64,000 bases of DNA from Pelomyxa schiedti (lineage: Eukaryota > Protista > Evosea), in assembly GCA_020536535.1 (NCBI GenBank), contig JAHLWZ010000004.1, forward strand, positions 186,001 to 250,000. The letters are read 5' to 3'. The notes beneath the pieces were generated by a model, which was not told the DNA's origin, did not search any database, and worked only from the letters and a program-made list of their open reading frames with translations. Of this stretch, positions 49,601-63,641 are shown one piece after another; positions within the stretch are counted from its first letter, which is position 1, and each line of letters starts with the position of its first letter. The translations under genes were made by a program, and so were the position numbers.

Positions 49601-50303
49601 CGAAGTGGGATTTGAAGTTCACAAAAACCTGAAGACAGTAAAATCGTACGGAAACACAGCAAATTCTAAGTAAAATCAACCGACAAAAAACAGAAGCAAC
49701 ACCCTCCAGCCAGATGGGATAATAATGCAACAGCTTCCCGCAGCCAAGACAACATCAGAAGAACTTACGTGCTATGTGTGTGAAACACGTGTTGGGCCAA
49801 CTAGGTTCGCACAACATTTGGCGAAATGTCTAGGCTTTGGGGGGAGAACATCACAGCGCATGGCTGCCAGAAGGTTAGCTGCTAATTTTTAGAGTTCTTC
49901 CTTGAGATAACTTGCCACCAGGCTATCTACCTCTTCAGTGAAGAAAAAGGAAACTGGTCTGCATTTTTCAAAAACAAATTTCTGCCTCACTATGTTTATC
50001 ACCATTCGATACAGAAAATTCCTCGGATGAATCGGAGGACTCTAAGGACCACGCATATGATCCCACCAAAGGTCTTATTCCTCTTTTTGTAACAAATGTG
50101 CTTACCTATACTCTAGCAAGAAAGAGCTCCAAGGTATACTCAATTGTCATTTAATGAACGGAAAAATAACTACCCCACTGTAGAAAAAAAAAGCACCCCG
50201 CGTCAAAACGAACAAAGAAACGGTATGCATTAAAGTGAGTCACCCTCATTCTAAATCTAGTACAAAGGCAAGGCGAAACTCCAAAGCAGAGAAACAACCC
50301 TGA
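46617..50303 (+). CDS. SGF11: SAGA deubiquitination subunit Sgf11/ATXN7L3 with very long RS- and Pro/Thr-rich N-terminus; multi-exon, 3' end approximate
   Basis: Spliced C-terminal part LDTLITEMIYEVGFEVHKNLK..ELTCYVCETRVGPTRFAQHLAKCLGFGGRTSQRMAARR matches ATXN7L3 [43 protein letters not shown]; joined to ORF 46614..49277 through an intron gtatgc..ttaag near 49246-49290. Confidence 0.7.
47003..47523 (+). repeat. Coding AGC-AGG/AGC-AAG arrays encoding an ~170-aa RS/SK dipeptide domain
   Basis: Directly visible (agcagg, agccgc, agcaag)n, translating to SRSRSRSKSKSRSR. Confidence 0.9.
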
Positions 50304-50508
50304 TTGTACATAGACAATTTTTGTTCAATTAAGACCCAAAAAAAAACAAAAAAGATTTTCCAAGTCCTCTCGTCGCGTTTTGTGGATAGCCTCAGCCAAT
50401 CGTTTTTTTTTATTATTGAGGAGTCATTTGGCAACACCCCTGCTTTTTATTTACTGATCTCTTACGATCAAACACAATCACATAAAAAAGAAAAAAAAAT
50501 AAAGAAGC

Positions 50509-51378
50509 ATGTCCAGGTCACCAACACCGATCACAACGATGTCCTCGTCACGGACGACCAGTACCGCAGCGGCACCAACACCGACAGTCAGTACTCCCAC
50601 AGTGAGTGCCAGTACCGCATCATCACCGGCACCTACCGCTGCTAGTTCGACTACGTTTTTGCCTGCTGCACCGGTGGCAAAACTTACGTCGGGATCTCGT
50701 GAAGAGTGGTGCCCTCTGTATTGCATCAAGGGGCTTGTGGTTCTCGATGGCGCCGACGGGAGCAGATTGTGCTGCAAGTACTACTCGAATCCGACTTTGC
50801 CGACGCCAAAGGAACAGAAGGCATTCGAGAAGCGGCTGTTTTCGAAAACCTCCAGAGCTTCTTGTGTGTTCTCCTTCGTTTGGCCGTTTCTTTGCTAATA
50901 GCTGTCACAGCAGAGATCCTGCTCTTCGACAACTTCGTGGTTTTGTACAAGATAATTGGGGACGTCAACATCTATCTCCTCGGTTCCATCGAAGAGAACG
51001 AACTACTACTCTCATCTGTTCTTAATACATTTATCGAAACGTTGATGCTTTTATTCAAGTGCGTCACACTTCGCACATTCATAACAAGTAACTCACCGTA
51101 GAAATCAAGTTGATAAAAGAATGATCACCGATTACCTAGACATGGTGCTACTGGCTATGGAAGAGCTCATCGACAACGGGTTTGGTTCTTACTTTTTTGA
51201 CTTCAAGTCTAACTAAACATAACCCCCTAATAGTGTAATTCTCGAGTGCGATCCAGCGATCATTGCCTCCCGGGTTACACTCAGAACTCCCGAGGGGGAC
51301 CTTGCCTTTGCCCAGCAGGGTCTGTCACAAGCCCTCATAATGGCCCGGGAGCAAATTGTCCGTGCGCTTTCCTCGTAA
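50509..51378 (+). CDS. COPZ1: Coatomer subunit zeta with Ser/Thr/Pro-rich N-terminal extension; multi-exon
   Basis: [79 protein letters not shown]; TAA 51376-51378. Confidence 0.92.
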
Positions 51379-51468
51379 CTATGTTGTTGACAAGAAACAA
51401 GCCAAAATAAAGAAATAACAATGTTTAAACAAAATGATATTCTGGAAGTTTCTATGTTATTTTCTTTT

Positions 51469-53866
51469 CTACGGGGCACACAGCTCCACAGAGTCACCAG
51501 GATAGTAAAGGAAAACACCGATGTGCCATTGAACTGAAATGTAACTGATTAGAACAACCAACATTGGAGAAGTAAGGTACCGTCATCAGGATAAGTTGGT
51601 AGCTTCCCAGCGAAGGCACGGTCTCCTTTCACCATAGTAACAGACTTCAACTTCATGTCCAAAGTAACCCTTACGCGGTCGGGTGCATTACTTGTAGGAT
51701 GTATGAGTAGAAGTTCTCCCGATAAGTTCCTTACCGTGAAAAATCAACGCCATTGAGGAAAGATGACATATTGTTAGGATGGTTGCTTGCACAGAGCCCA
51801 GGATAGGAAGCATAGTTTTGAGGAACCACACACTTCGGTACAACAGCAACAATCAATCCGGCAGGATCTGTGCGGTGAACGTGACGAAGTCTGACTTCGA
51901 GAGTGTGGACCCCAGTACTCCATCCAGCAGAGCTTAATGCCAGTGTGTCCCATCCACAGCACTAATACAGTGAGCACAAGTAGTATTGTAAACAATTACC
52001 CTTGAAGACTTTGTGAAAACAGTGGATCCGCTTGTCCATAAGCACAAAGGGGAAACTACAATAGAAAAGGGACTTCCTGTGATGTGCACTCCCTTGATCA
52101 TTACACTCAGAGGTAGTGTTTTACGTGTGGATAGGCCACGTTTTGAGAGGTAGGTTATACTATATATGTCATCCTTCTGAAACTTGACAGTGTAGGATTC
52201 TATCATTCTTCCCTACAGAGAAACATAAGTGGAATGTAAAAAAGCTAATAATAATAAATACCAAGAGCGCTATTTGAACTCCACTTCGGGAGAGGGGGTT
52301 CCCAGAAAAGTCCCGTACATGCACAAACAGCTTAGCTTCACCCCCTTCAGTACAGGCCACAAGACCTAATCCACTGGCTGTGCACAACCAAGGTGCCACG
52401 ACCCCTTCCAAATGCCCAAAGAGATTCAATGATTGCTGTAGTTTCTCAACTTCAAACGAACCCTGAACACCATCTACTGCGCATATAAACTGTTCCCTGG
52501 GTTTGCCTGCAGTGATATGCACTGTTTGATTCAAAACATTATCCAGATGCGATTCTGCTTGAACAAGATTTTGTACAAGAAGGCGTAAGTCACTGTTGCT
52601 CCTCGTGTAATATTGTCCTTCCATCACCTGATATGCATCCGTGTTCTGAGTGGCAATGGAGGTGAAGCTAGTATCTGACACTTCCAGTGCCGAGTGTAAC
52701 GCCTCAGAGTTTTGGAGTAAGGATTTGCGATATTCTTCGATGTTTCTTAGGCATGTCACAGTCTCACGCTCAAGTGACTCAAATAATTCAGCCTTACGGC
52801 GTTCTACTGCAGCACTGATTTCCGTCATCAAGGAACATATAAGGGAGTGCAAATTGTCCGACTTCTGCTTCACAGTCAACACAACGTCTTCCACTTCTTT
52901 CAGAGCTTTATCTGCCTCCACGATCTAGAAGTGTTATCAAGACTAATTGGGCAATGAGAAGATACCTGTACCCTCCCATTGGAGGAAGCCTCAAGTAAAG
53001 ATTTCTGGTGCTTCAGGATAGCTGCAGAGAATAACATGATGTCGTGACCTCTGTGCGGAGGAGAAAAAGGACAATCTCGACAAATAGGCTTGAGACATGT
53101 TTCGCAATACAGCTTCACTGTTCTGTTTGGATGATCTTCACACAGTTGCCTGTCCATCATTAAGTCACAAGGAGAGTTAGTTTACAGCTCTTGCATACCT
53201 CCGTGCGGTCACAAGCACTTCCCTCTTAGGTCCTTCTGTTTCCCCTTCGCCAAGCCTGATGGGGCTCTCATTGCACAGTGATATCCCATCCCCATCGGCC
53301 TTTGTGTCACTTATCATCAAAGTGTTGCCTGCACCTTGGCCGCTATCCTCTTGGGCCATCAGGGGACCACCACTCGAGCACTCCTCGCCGTCCCTCTCTC
53401 TCCATGCAGAAGCGCCATCAGCAGCGCAGTTGTTGCACTCGCCAGACCCCAAGGAAGCACTAGCCACGCCCACATCCTCACTGCCAGACACAATCACCAG
53501 CCCACGCCCAGAGCGAACGCACGAAGAAGCTGAGGCTCCCAAAGCTGCCTCTGAGGCGGCATCAACCACGCAGCCAGAACAATAGGATTCAGAGTCGCTC
53601 CCGGAGCCACAATTCGCCGCACGCTCGGCGGCGCCTTCGCCGCCGTGCTCCAAAGACACCACCACCGCCTCTTGTGTATGACTCACTGCGTCGCAATCGC
53701 AGGAGCAGCGGCAGATCGGCGCGACGCCCCGCGACGCGGAGTCGGCTGTAGGTCCCACAACTACGAAACCCTCGTACTCGTTGCCATTGTCGTCGCACGT
53801 GTAGCAATCTGCATCACAACCACCGCCATGAATGAGATCGTGCCGAGTAGGTAGAGAGTGTAACAT
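51469..53866 (-). CDS. B-box + coiled-coil + filamin repeat + SPRY-like protein (RING-less TRIM-like); multi-exon
   Basis: B-box CEDHPNRTVKLYCETCLKPICRDC..HRGH; heptad exon 52920-52400; filamin repeat CTASGLGL..AKLFVHVRDFSGNP..SVMIKGVHITGSPF; possible SPRY-like WSTGVHTLEVRL..DRVRVTLDM. Confidence 0.7.
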
Positions 53867-54089
53867 GGTTGTAACCACTAGATCTTTGTGGTCGTAGTTT
53901 ATGGACGTTCCGTTTTTCCGGCACGGTTTGTCCCATGGGAACGCGTCTCGTGTTTAGCTTTTTTGTGGTGAAAACGAGCCCAATCCAAAATCCAAAGTGT
54001 GATGTGGTTGTATTTCACATAACCATCACAACAAAAACTTTCAAAGTTAAACACGGTACAATTTTCGGCAGGGGGTGGGGTCCAGCTTC

Positions 54090-57000
54090 TCAGGGCTTCT
54101 TGGCCCGTGAATTCAATGTTTGTAGGTATGCTAGTAGGGGGGCGTCTGGGGTCTCTGTAGTGCTGTACCTGACAAAATGATTATTACTCTTGTGTGTCGA
54201 TTATTGTGGCTGCTGTACTTGATTTGCTGATACTGTTTAATGGGAAGAAGAACTTCCGCCACCTTGCGGCGCTTAAAAAAGTTTATCACTTTGATGTCAT
54301 CTCTAATGTAATCCTGGTTTCCATCTGTGTCGAGTTGTACAGTGGTGGTAAGATTCTTTTGTTGTTTTGGGGATGTATGTCTTTACCTTCAATGAATGTG
54401 AGGTCCTTGATTGTCAGTGCTGAAGACATAGTTTAGTGTTTTTGTGAATAGAGGCTTCTTACCCAAGAAAGGAACACAAGGTGGTTTTGTAGACTGAACC
54501 TTTTGCCGCATATTTTTATAATTACGTAGTGGCGAAACTAACTCTTCTAACCGCTCTAAAAGCGCCAAATGCTCTTTGGATATCTGAATAATGAGTAGGA
54601 ACTTGGTTGAAAAAAATGTTGTGTGACCTGCTTTCGATATTTATCGGAGATAGAAAGAAGACCGTAAATTATAGCTGTAAGAGAATAGTAATCATTAAGC
54701 CCTTCCGACGCCTATTCTGAGTGAAAAAACCAATTGAATTGAAGCATAATTTACTGCGGCAATATCAAGCATGTGACACAGCTCAGCAATTTGAAGATTC
54801 TTATTTGTACGGTTGGAAATTTCTGTGGAAGACCAGGATGACATCTAAGTGTGATTAACGTGTGAAGAAAAGAGCTATCTCAGTGTAAACCATATTGAAA
54901 CGTGATGTAAAAGCAAGCAAATTTGGACAACGCTGGGCTGCATCAGCCTTCTCCCATGCTTTTCCAAAGAATTCTTGAATGCCAATCCGTGAAAAGAGGT
55001 TGTGGCTTATAAGGGCCAGGCCACACGCAATCTGAATAAATTGGTAAAAAAGCCAGATTGTTTCTATCGGACCTGATAGGGGGAAACTGAGGAGAAGTCA
55101 AACGCTGTTGTTTCAGTCTCTGTAACCAGAATATCGGGGCTGGGGGATTCATTCTATTTTGTATTATGACCATGGAGTAAAAAGGGAGGAGAAACATTTA
55201 GCTGCTTCAGCAGTTCGTGTAAATGTTGCTTGAAGTTTTTTTCATCCTCTCCAGTATCGGGATCGTCAAGAAACTCAACCAACATCGCCAAAACTTCTTC
55301 TTCTTGCTTAAAATCGTAGAAATGATTTACTACCCATGAATCTAGAACATGGTATATGCTGTAACACAGAGTCAAATACGATGCAAACAGGTCCGTGAGG
55401 AAGCACACCGTTGTTTGGCAGTCCAGTTGGAACCCAAAGATTTCGCCCTGTTAAAAAGAGTAAGTGGAGATTACAGTAGAAAGGACCCACTTTTCAATGA
55501 GCATCTTGAGAAGAACAACGGGACTGGTAAAAGTACGGAATGTAAGTAAAAACACTTGCCTAAAGTTTGGATCTTTTTTGACTTGGTTCCCGTTTAATGG
55601 ATAAAAGCTGAATAACCTGTTATGTTGTGGTGTGTGAGTTTGTCAACCAGTCCCTCCAAAGTAGCCCCCATAATTCTGGTTTTTGTTAGATTTTCACTGG
55701 CAAAGAGCTATACCTACTGCAGTTGACCAGATTCGTCAGATGTGCAGTTCAGTATATCGAGGGGATTAACAAACTGGAGAAAATTGTCACCAAAACAAGT
55801 TCAGCAGCCAACCAAACCTGGAAGTTTTCATTCGTTCTTGCAAGAAGAAATCCAATCTTCCGGAGTGCGGAATTGAGAGGCACATAATCTGGGTCGTTCT
55901 CATTTACAGAATTAAAAATTTCCTACACAATTTCAAAAAAAAAAAAAAAAAAAAGAAGGTGCCCACCTGTACAAAGACGAAGATTCTAGGAATGAATTGG
56001 ACTTGGGGTGGTTAGTAAGAGGCCGAATTGAAGAAAGGAAAACCTGGGGTAAATAGCAAGGATTTTAAATCACGGTGAACAATATTGTTGAATTTATTTG
56101 GAATAGACTCCTCAATTTCCTAATGCAACTCAGTGTAGAAGGATGCTGGATTTAGAAACCCGTAGTAATGTAGTTAATAGGTCTGATCGCTTTTTAGCAT
56201 TAAAGAGGCCATGCTGTATATCATTGTACACGTCAATATAGTCTAGAAGAGTTCTGAAAGACGAGAACTGGCCACACGTTAAAAAACATCCATGACATGG
56301 AGAATAATGCATTTTCGAGAATTGCATCGCCAAGTGTTTTTTGCGTGGAGTGTGCAAGATAATCATCCACAGATTGCAACAGAGCTGATGCTGTCTTGAG
56401 CATAGGTTCAAAATTTGAAAAAATTAAATTGAAGTCCTTTGTCTTGAATCAGTTTTGGGAGAAAAGTCATTACTCATGCCTCTTCAGATATGAGTGGATC
56501 TTCCTGGAGTAATTTCTTTCGATCCCCTCTAACAGTGTGAAACCGAGTGGTGGGAAGAGGGGAAACAGGGGGGTTGGGCATTAGTGCTGGCATATCAGTT
56601 CGGCAGAAGCTTGAAGATAGCTTTTTTTGTTTGTTTGTTTGTTTGACCTTGTTAAGGCTTTTTTGTCTTACCTCGGGAAGAGAGCCTCTTTTCATTGTGA
56701 GTGATATTGGTTTAGGTTTTCTATCAAGAGCAACAATTGCATCCCGGATGGGGTTCATAAAACCCTTTATGGTATTAAAGCAATAGACAAGGCAAACGGA
56801 AAAGAACCTTGATAACTATAATCAAGTCTAAAAAAAAGCGTCGGCAACACCGCAATAGTTTTTGGGAGACAAGGTATTTGGAATGAGTAACTAGTTGTGT
56901 TACTGGTATTGCAGATGGTAAGAGAAAGGAAACCAGTAATGACAGCAGTATGGTACTCTCCAGATGAAACATAAAATGCCTGATTGGGAGGAAGACCCTC

Positions 57001-58821
57001 TACAACACCCTTATGAAAAATAAGAAAACACTTAGCTAGCAGCTAGTGTACGGGTGATGTATCTCCCAAAGCAGTAGGTGTTGTACGACCAAGTTGGCAT
57101 GAAGAGTTCTTTTCACCAAAGGAATATACAACTCCTTCATCTATTCAAAGTAGAAATAAATATACCAAATCCACTCAAGATCCATTCCCTCAGGACAGCA
57201 AACACAAACCGGTGACACACATGGTGTGAAAGCTTCCACACGCAACTTGCACAACACACTTGCCACTAAGCTCGCCACATATTAGTTGGGGCTGCTCCCC
57301 AAGTTTCCAGTATATAACTGTCCCTGTATTTGTCACCAACACAGTATGCCACTGGCCACAAGCAATCTGTATTTTGTTGTTTGTTTTCATTTTTTTTATG
57401 AACTGTAGAACCTGTGTGATGATAACTGGAGATACTAAAAACGAATCCAATTTAAACTCTTCAGGGGTAGGGGTTACTGCCCCAGAGTTGTTGCACTGCC
57501 CCCAAAGGAAAACTTTCCGACTATCTGGGGACTCTATTATAATGTGGAGGTTTTTGGCATTTTACCTGTAAGACAAACTGTATGGGAATCACCGCAAGCA
57601 ACCTGCTTGATGAATTCTCGTACCTTGATTCCGGTATCGGATGAGGATCTATCACAAATAAGACACAGGAAAAAATACATAAATAAAAATTGAACACACG
57701 AAATTTTCACATTGAAAGGATTTTTTCTAGGAAAGGGATCTCCATGTCCAAGCTACAAATTACTTAATACCAGGGCTGACATATCAGATAGTGTACCTGA
57801 TAAGTTGTATTTTTACCCCAGGTGTACAACTCCCCCAGTTCTTTTTAAACGTTATCCATTGTAAGGAGGTTGCAAATAAACCTGTAACAGCTGCTGAATG
57901 AGAAGTACCAGCAGCTATTTGAATAACACCTTTAAAACTACATCAGAGTAATACGGGGAAAAAGTGAAAAAACCAGCCAGCCCTGGAATTAGTTGTGGAG
58001 TAAGAACAGAAGAAGTTGCCCCGAGGCCAAGCTGCCCAAAGCTTGAACTACCCCAGGAATGGACACGTCCTTCATCTGTCATTTTTCCATTAAACCAAGG
58101 AACTGGGATTATATATAACCTGTTAGTAGCATGGCGTGGTATGTTCCCAATGCTACCTGCCTAACTTTCCCTTGTGGAAGTTTGAATGGAAGTGGAACTG
58201 GAAGAACCTCAAAGGTTCTGGGTTGTGCTGGTGTTGCCGTGACAGTGCTCGAAGGTGTCTGTGTCGGGGAGGGGGTGCTTGGAGTAAGATCAGGACTAGC
58301 AGGGGTTGGTGAGCTGGTAGGTGTGGCCACCGTCTTGTGGTGATGATGGTGACGTCTGTGGGAGGGTGTTTGTGGAGGTGTTGTCTGAGGGGGAGTGGAT
58401 GACGCTGTCAGTGAAGGAGAGGCATTTGGTTGGACTTGAGCTTGGGTTACGGGTGGTGCTGGCGTAGCTCCCATAAAAAGGCTGCTGCCATCGCGGCACT
58501 TTGTGGCACCGCACAAAAACAGTTCATTCTCAGCTGGGGAAGAGAATGTAAACACGAAAATTAATATCACATCTAGGTGGGAAGGTACCTGACACAAACA
58601 AAGTGTTGTATGCACCACACGAAACCCCCGTAATTGGTATTGTAGAGAAATGTGACACTCGTGTAAATTGTGGTTTGTCCACATTGTCACCAAGGCCAAG
58701 TCGCCCATTCACGTTTGCTCCGGCCTAAAAAAGTGGCAAGGTGAGATCCGGTATAAAATAAAAATTATGAAATAAACTGAGGGCGCACCAGAGAGACCGA
58801 CCAGCAGGGGAGTTGTGTCAT
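54090..58821 (-). CDS. RCC1-repeat + REM + CDC25 RasGEF protein; multi-exon
   Basis: MTQLPCWSAGANVNGRLGLGD, VALGTYHAMLL, IACGQWHTVLVT, VACGSFHTMCVT (RCC1); VLDSWVVNHFYDF (REM); IKDLTFIEDGNQD..INFFKRRKVAEVLLPIKQYQ (CDC25 C-terminus); TGA at 54090-54092. Confidence 0.8.
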
Positions 58822-59132
58822 TTTGAATAATAAAAAGGAAGCTAAACTGCCGTAGCTCTCGAAAAATGTGTCGCCTTACAGCAACGGCCGCGAAGATAAC
58901 CAAAAAAGCGGAATACTTTTCGCCTAATCACGGAAGTCACTCCTGAGTAACAGACTTGGTCCAAGATTTCACAACACCTCCCACTCCTTTTACAGCACGT
59001 GTGCGTGTGCATTCACTCGCCGAATCCCATAACGGAAGTGTGCCAATTCCCGCCGACCTGAAAACAAACAACACAAAACAGTTTGTTTATTCCCCTCCTT
59101 GTTGTTCGGAACATCCGTGTGTGTCTATCGCC

Positions 59133-60065
59133 ATGTCGAGCAAAAGGACGCCACCGCCCACGAGCTCGTCGTCATCATCTTCGTCGGCGTCGGCCACGGC
59201 ATCCCCCACGTCGGCGTCGTCCTCAGCCAGCAGCAGCTCCACTACCCCGGTGTACAGGAACGTGACTCCCGCCGAAGTCCTAAAGCACACTGCACCTTCC
59301 CCGAGTACGTAATTGTGGGTGGGCTTTTTGTTGTCGCGTCGTTGTTGGTGTGACTGTTCGAACCCAATCAAAAACGACATACAACACGGTTTTAAAAAAA
59401 AAAAAATAGGCTTTTTGTGTCCAATCACTGCCAATTCGTATGGAATTGATTTCACAGAGTTTTGTATAAGAGAGGTGGCGACCAATGTAAGCTCCAACCC
59501 AGCACCAAAGAAAGCTAACTGAAAACCTAGACTGAACTCTTCCATGTCCAAAAAGACCCTGATGCCCCTCCACTAAGGCTATCTGACCTGGACGACTCTT
59601 CCAGATTTATACAATACGACTTTGGTGCAAAATTTTTGGCGTATAAAACCATCGGGACCAAGTAGCAACTGTTCCCATGAAACGCCCCTGACTTTTCTCA
59701 GGCTTACTTTCAAAGTGGGTCCTCAGCCTCTGCCCACTTTCCGAATGATAGAGCGTCACTACTTTAAGAATAGGCTCTTGAAAAGCTTTGACTTCCCGTT
59801 TGGATTTGTAATTCCCGATAGCACCAACGAATGGGAAGTGATATACGATCTTCCGAGATTGTCTAAAGTTGAACGTGTGCTTTCACAAACCTTCAATTAC
59901 CCTACAACCCACATACCATATAAGAACTTAAACTTAAGAAACTCAAAATTTCCAATAGAGGAGGACATTATCACACACCCATATGAAACTAAATCAGACA
60001 GCTTCTACTTTGTTGGCGACCAGCTTGTAATGCACAACAAAGCTGAGTACGCCTATTCACGGTAA
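59133..60065 (+). CDS. UNC119: UNC119 lipid-binding chaperone (GMP-PDE delta family); multi-exon
   Basis: [84 protein letters not shown]. Confidence 0.92.
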
Positions 60066-60344
60066 AGCAGTGTTTCGTGCAAATAAAATTCACAACAAAA
60101 AACAAAAAAAATTTGGGAATTCAGTCGATAAAGTTAACTTCATAGTTTTCTGACTCTTCCTATTTCGATAACATCCTTATGCCTTGACTTGTTGCAGGGC
60201 GGCCTTTTCCCCCCTTCACCTAAACCCGAACGGTTCAGGATTAGGGGAGAAATAAAAAACAAAAGGGAGACGTATCCGGGGAATGATGTCGTTTTTTTGG
60301 CATTACACCCGCCACTGACAGTTTTTTGCTGTGCTTTTGTCGAA

Positions 60345-63300
60345 ATGTCGGTGTATGGAGATCTGCCGAGGGAAATGCAAGAGCAGTTCGACTTGGACGC
60401 GGCTATACAACTAGAGAGATCTTATTCGGCAACACCGGGCACTGGAGGAACCACCGGAATCACGACAGCAGCTTATGGTCGCGGGAAGAAACGAGGGGTG
60501 AATGACGGAGATCGGAGGCGTTGGGGCGTGTTGAAGGCATTGAGGGCGGTGAGTGTATCAGCGATGTTCTTTCTTTCGTCGCATTCGCTCCTTGGCGCGC
60601 TGGTGATTGGGGTTTTGGCTTCCTTTGTGGCTATTGGCTTGACTCCCCCTCCGTTTGGCGTTTGGCCCACTGCGCGTCTGGAGCCCAGTGAGGCTGTAGC
60701 GGCGGCCGAAAGTTTCAGGTCCACTATATTGCTGGGGAACACAACTAATGGCACCGCGATTGCCAACGGCGCTGTGAACGCTGCTTGGCTGGCACCTGGT
60801 TCTGTTTTGAATTCCAAACCTGATGGACTCTTTTGGTTCATACAGGTTATTTTTTTTTTGTTTCTAACGTCTGAATTTATAGTATCTTAACACTGTAGGT
60901 GTCAGATTCTCATATCAGCAAGTTTGGCAAAGAAGAGGCACTGAAGTTTCGTTTGCTTGTGGAGGAGGTCGTACCAATTATCAAGCCTGCATTTGTCATA
61001 GCCTCTGGGGACTTAGTGGATTCTCAAGTTAGACGCAGGCGCACTGTTTTAAGATTCAAGCAACAAGAGAATGAATGGAGGTACCCTTCCAAGTCCTTCT
61101 TTCAATATGTAATACAATGAAAAGGGAATACCGGACCATTTTGGAGACCCATAATCTTTTTACTTGGGACAAGTGGAAAGATATCCCTGGTACACTAAAT
61201 GATTGTGAAATGAGAAGCAACACAAATTAAGGGTAATAAGGAAACCACGATTCCTATTCCGTGTTAGAGCTCAATGCGTCCAATAACTGGATGAAGGACT
61301 ACTCCACTTTTGGTGTAACTTTCGGCCCAGCAACAGAAATCGTGGAGCATATTCAAACTACATCCTATGGGAGTGCCTACCGATTTATCTTTTTTCGGAA
61401 TACCGAGTTACCTGGTAAGGTTGTATATCAATTCCTTGAGGCTAAGAGCTTGGCCAGCACCACAAGATACATACTTTGGCTGGGTCAATGGCCGTCATAT
61501 CGAGGCGCTCAAGGATTTATTGAAGACTTCCTCTGACTATCAGCATAATATTCTTGTAAGCCACTATTGCTCCAACTATATTCAAGGGCCCTCAGGCAAG
61601 CCTTTTCTGAACGAGGTTGGCAGTTAAAACGAAAATGGAAGTAATGACCCGCAGTCAGATAGATATGAAACCACTTCCGTTTACAATGTTCTTATGTGGG
61701 CACCTTCACACACCACGTACATATTGGAGAATGAGTGCGGGCTTTGTCGAGCTTGAGATTAATACCCTTAAAAAAAAAACGTTCTCCCCTATCCTTTTTT
61801 TTTACCATCATGCTGACTCCAATAGGTATCGCATTGTTGCCTTCGATCACGACCTTTGGAGTTTTGTTGATGCATCTATTGGTGAGTGGCCAGTAGTCCT
61901 TATTACGAACCCAAAAAGTGCGCAATTGATGACTGAAAACGAACCTACTTTCCTTGTATCAAGCTCGTCCCGTGTGTTCCTTTGGTTGAACTTTCAAGTG
62001 CCTATCTCATTTCAAAAGATATACGTGCACTGGTTTTTTCTCCTACACCAATTGCAAATGTTATTGCGAAAATAGATGGTATTCCGTGCAAGTTTCTCCT
62101 GCTCTTTGAAACTCTACTAGGTGTTGTTGTGTGTCCCTCTATGATCCGTGATCCCATGCAGCCATGGTTTTACTCCTGTCCCTGGGATGCCTCGGAGTTT
62201 TTGACTGGAATTCACAGTACCAAATGAACTTAAATGTCTTCTTTTCTTACGTGCCAAGAAATTACTGTGACGGCCACTAGTAGCTCTACTATTAGTACCA
62301 GTACACGACAACAACCGTCTCAATCCACTTCGTCCACATCTCCTTTTTCCCTCAACTTCACTCTAGTCCGTTTTGCCGCACTCTATGGCTTTATTCTCCT
62401 TTTTTATTTATATGAGTGGTTACTGGCCCTGATGTTAACCTTCGTTATAATTACCATCATCATTCTTCTTGTGGCACCACTTCTTGGCGTCGTAGTGCCT
62501 CAAAGTTGGAAGCGGAGCGTGGAGGTACATTGAGTCAATAAATTCTTATTACTGACATTTTAAGGAAGCCTTACTTGGAAGTTATAGATAACCTCGAATC
62601 TGGATCAAAGACACCCTCCTCTATTTTTGATTTTGGTTGTTCTGCACATAATAAGTAGCGAAAAACAACTGGTAGTCCCTGTCTAACAAGATTAAGTTCA
62701 GATACAGAGACTTCTGGACATTCCCTCGCATCAGAAGCAAAGCTGACTGTTTTTTCGCAGCTCACTCTTCTTCTGCTTTATTCACCACTGAGGAAACTGT
62801 GGCAAAGTTCTCACATTCCCTTGTACATTAGGGCCATCCACTTTGTATATCTTCGTGTAATTTTGTAGGAATCAACCATTTCACAGGTTGGAGTACTACT
62901 TCCTTTTCTTGTGCCAATAGGGTATGGGTCAAATGGCCTTACCGGGTGTTCAGTACTATTCTCCTGGGGAATTGGAAAGGGACCAAATAATACCACCTTC
63001 CATACTACTTGGTCTTTTGCATATATGACAGCTTTCTACTTCACTGTGCGTTTTCTAAGCCGCAAATACCTTTGACCCTTTTCTAGGTCGCGTTGCCCCT
63101 CGTCAATGTTTCTTGTAATACCTGCTACTGGGTATTCCTGTATAAAAAGCAAGCCGGCCGCGGAGTAACTATCAGGAAAACCATGAGCGCAATTCTTTTG
63201 GATGTTTTTCTATGTTTAGTAGCTATATCTGGATGCGCAGGCATGCTGGTCATGCAAGCGATATCATACAGCACTCTGTGGGCGTTTTTGTCTCCACTGG

Positions 63301-63560
63301 TATATCCTTTCTTTGCCGAAGTCCAGCCCTTTTTAATAAATACTACACAGGTGTGGCTGTGCACAGCACCATTTCTTGCTACGTTTCTTTCTGTACTTCT
63401 ACTCTACCGCTTCAACCTCCTATACAAATTCAGCAACATAAACTGGGAACACTGGGTTCACCAGCTCCGAGGCACGAGTAACAAGGCGAACAAAGAAGCA
63501 CCTGCAAACACTTCAAACGCCAATCCACCAAAGTCCTCTGCCCTTGTTGTGGAATTGTAA
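60345..63560 (+). CDS. TMEM62: TMEM62-like metallophosphoesterase-domain membrane protein; multi-exon
   Basis: FWFIQVSDSHIS..IKPAFVIASGDLVDS, WKDIPGNHD, FLCGHLHT, RYRIVAFDHDLWSF..WPVVLITNPKSA, IRALVFSP, followed by several hydrophobic segments. Confidence 0.8.
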
Positions 63561-63641
63561 AAGGAAGCAAAGAACAAGGAAAGATAAATAATTGTTCGTT
63601 AGAACGTAATCTTACTCTAAATTTTTCAATTAGTTTCTCTG

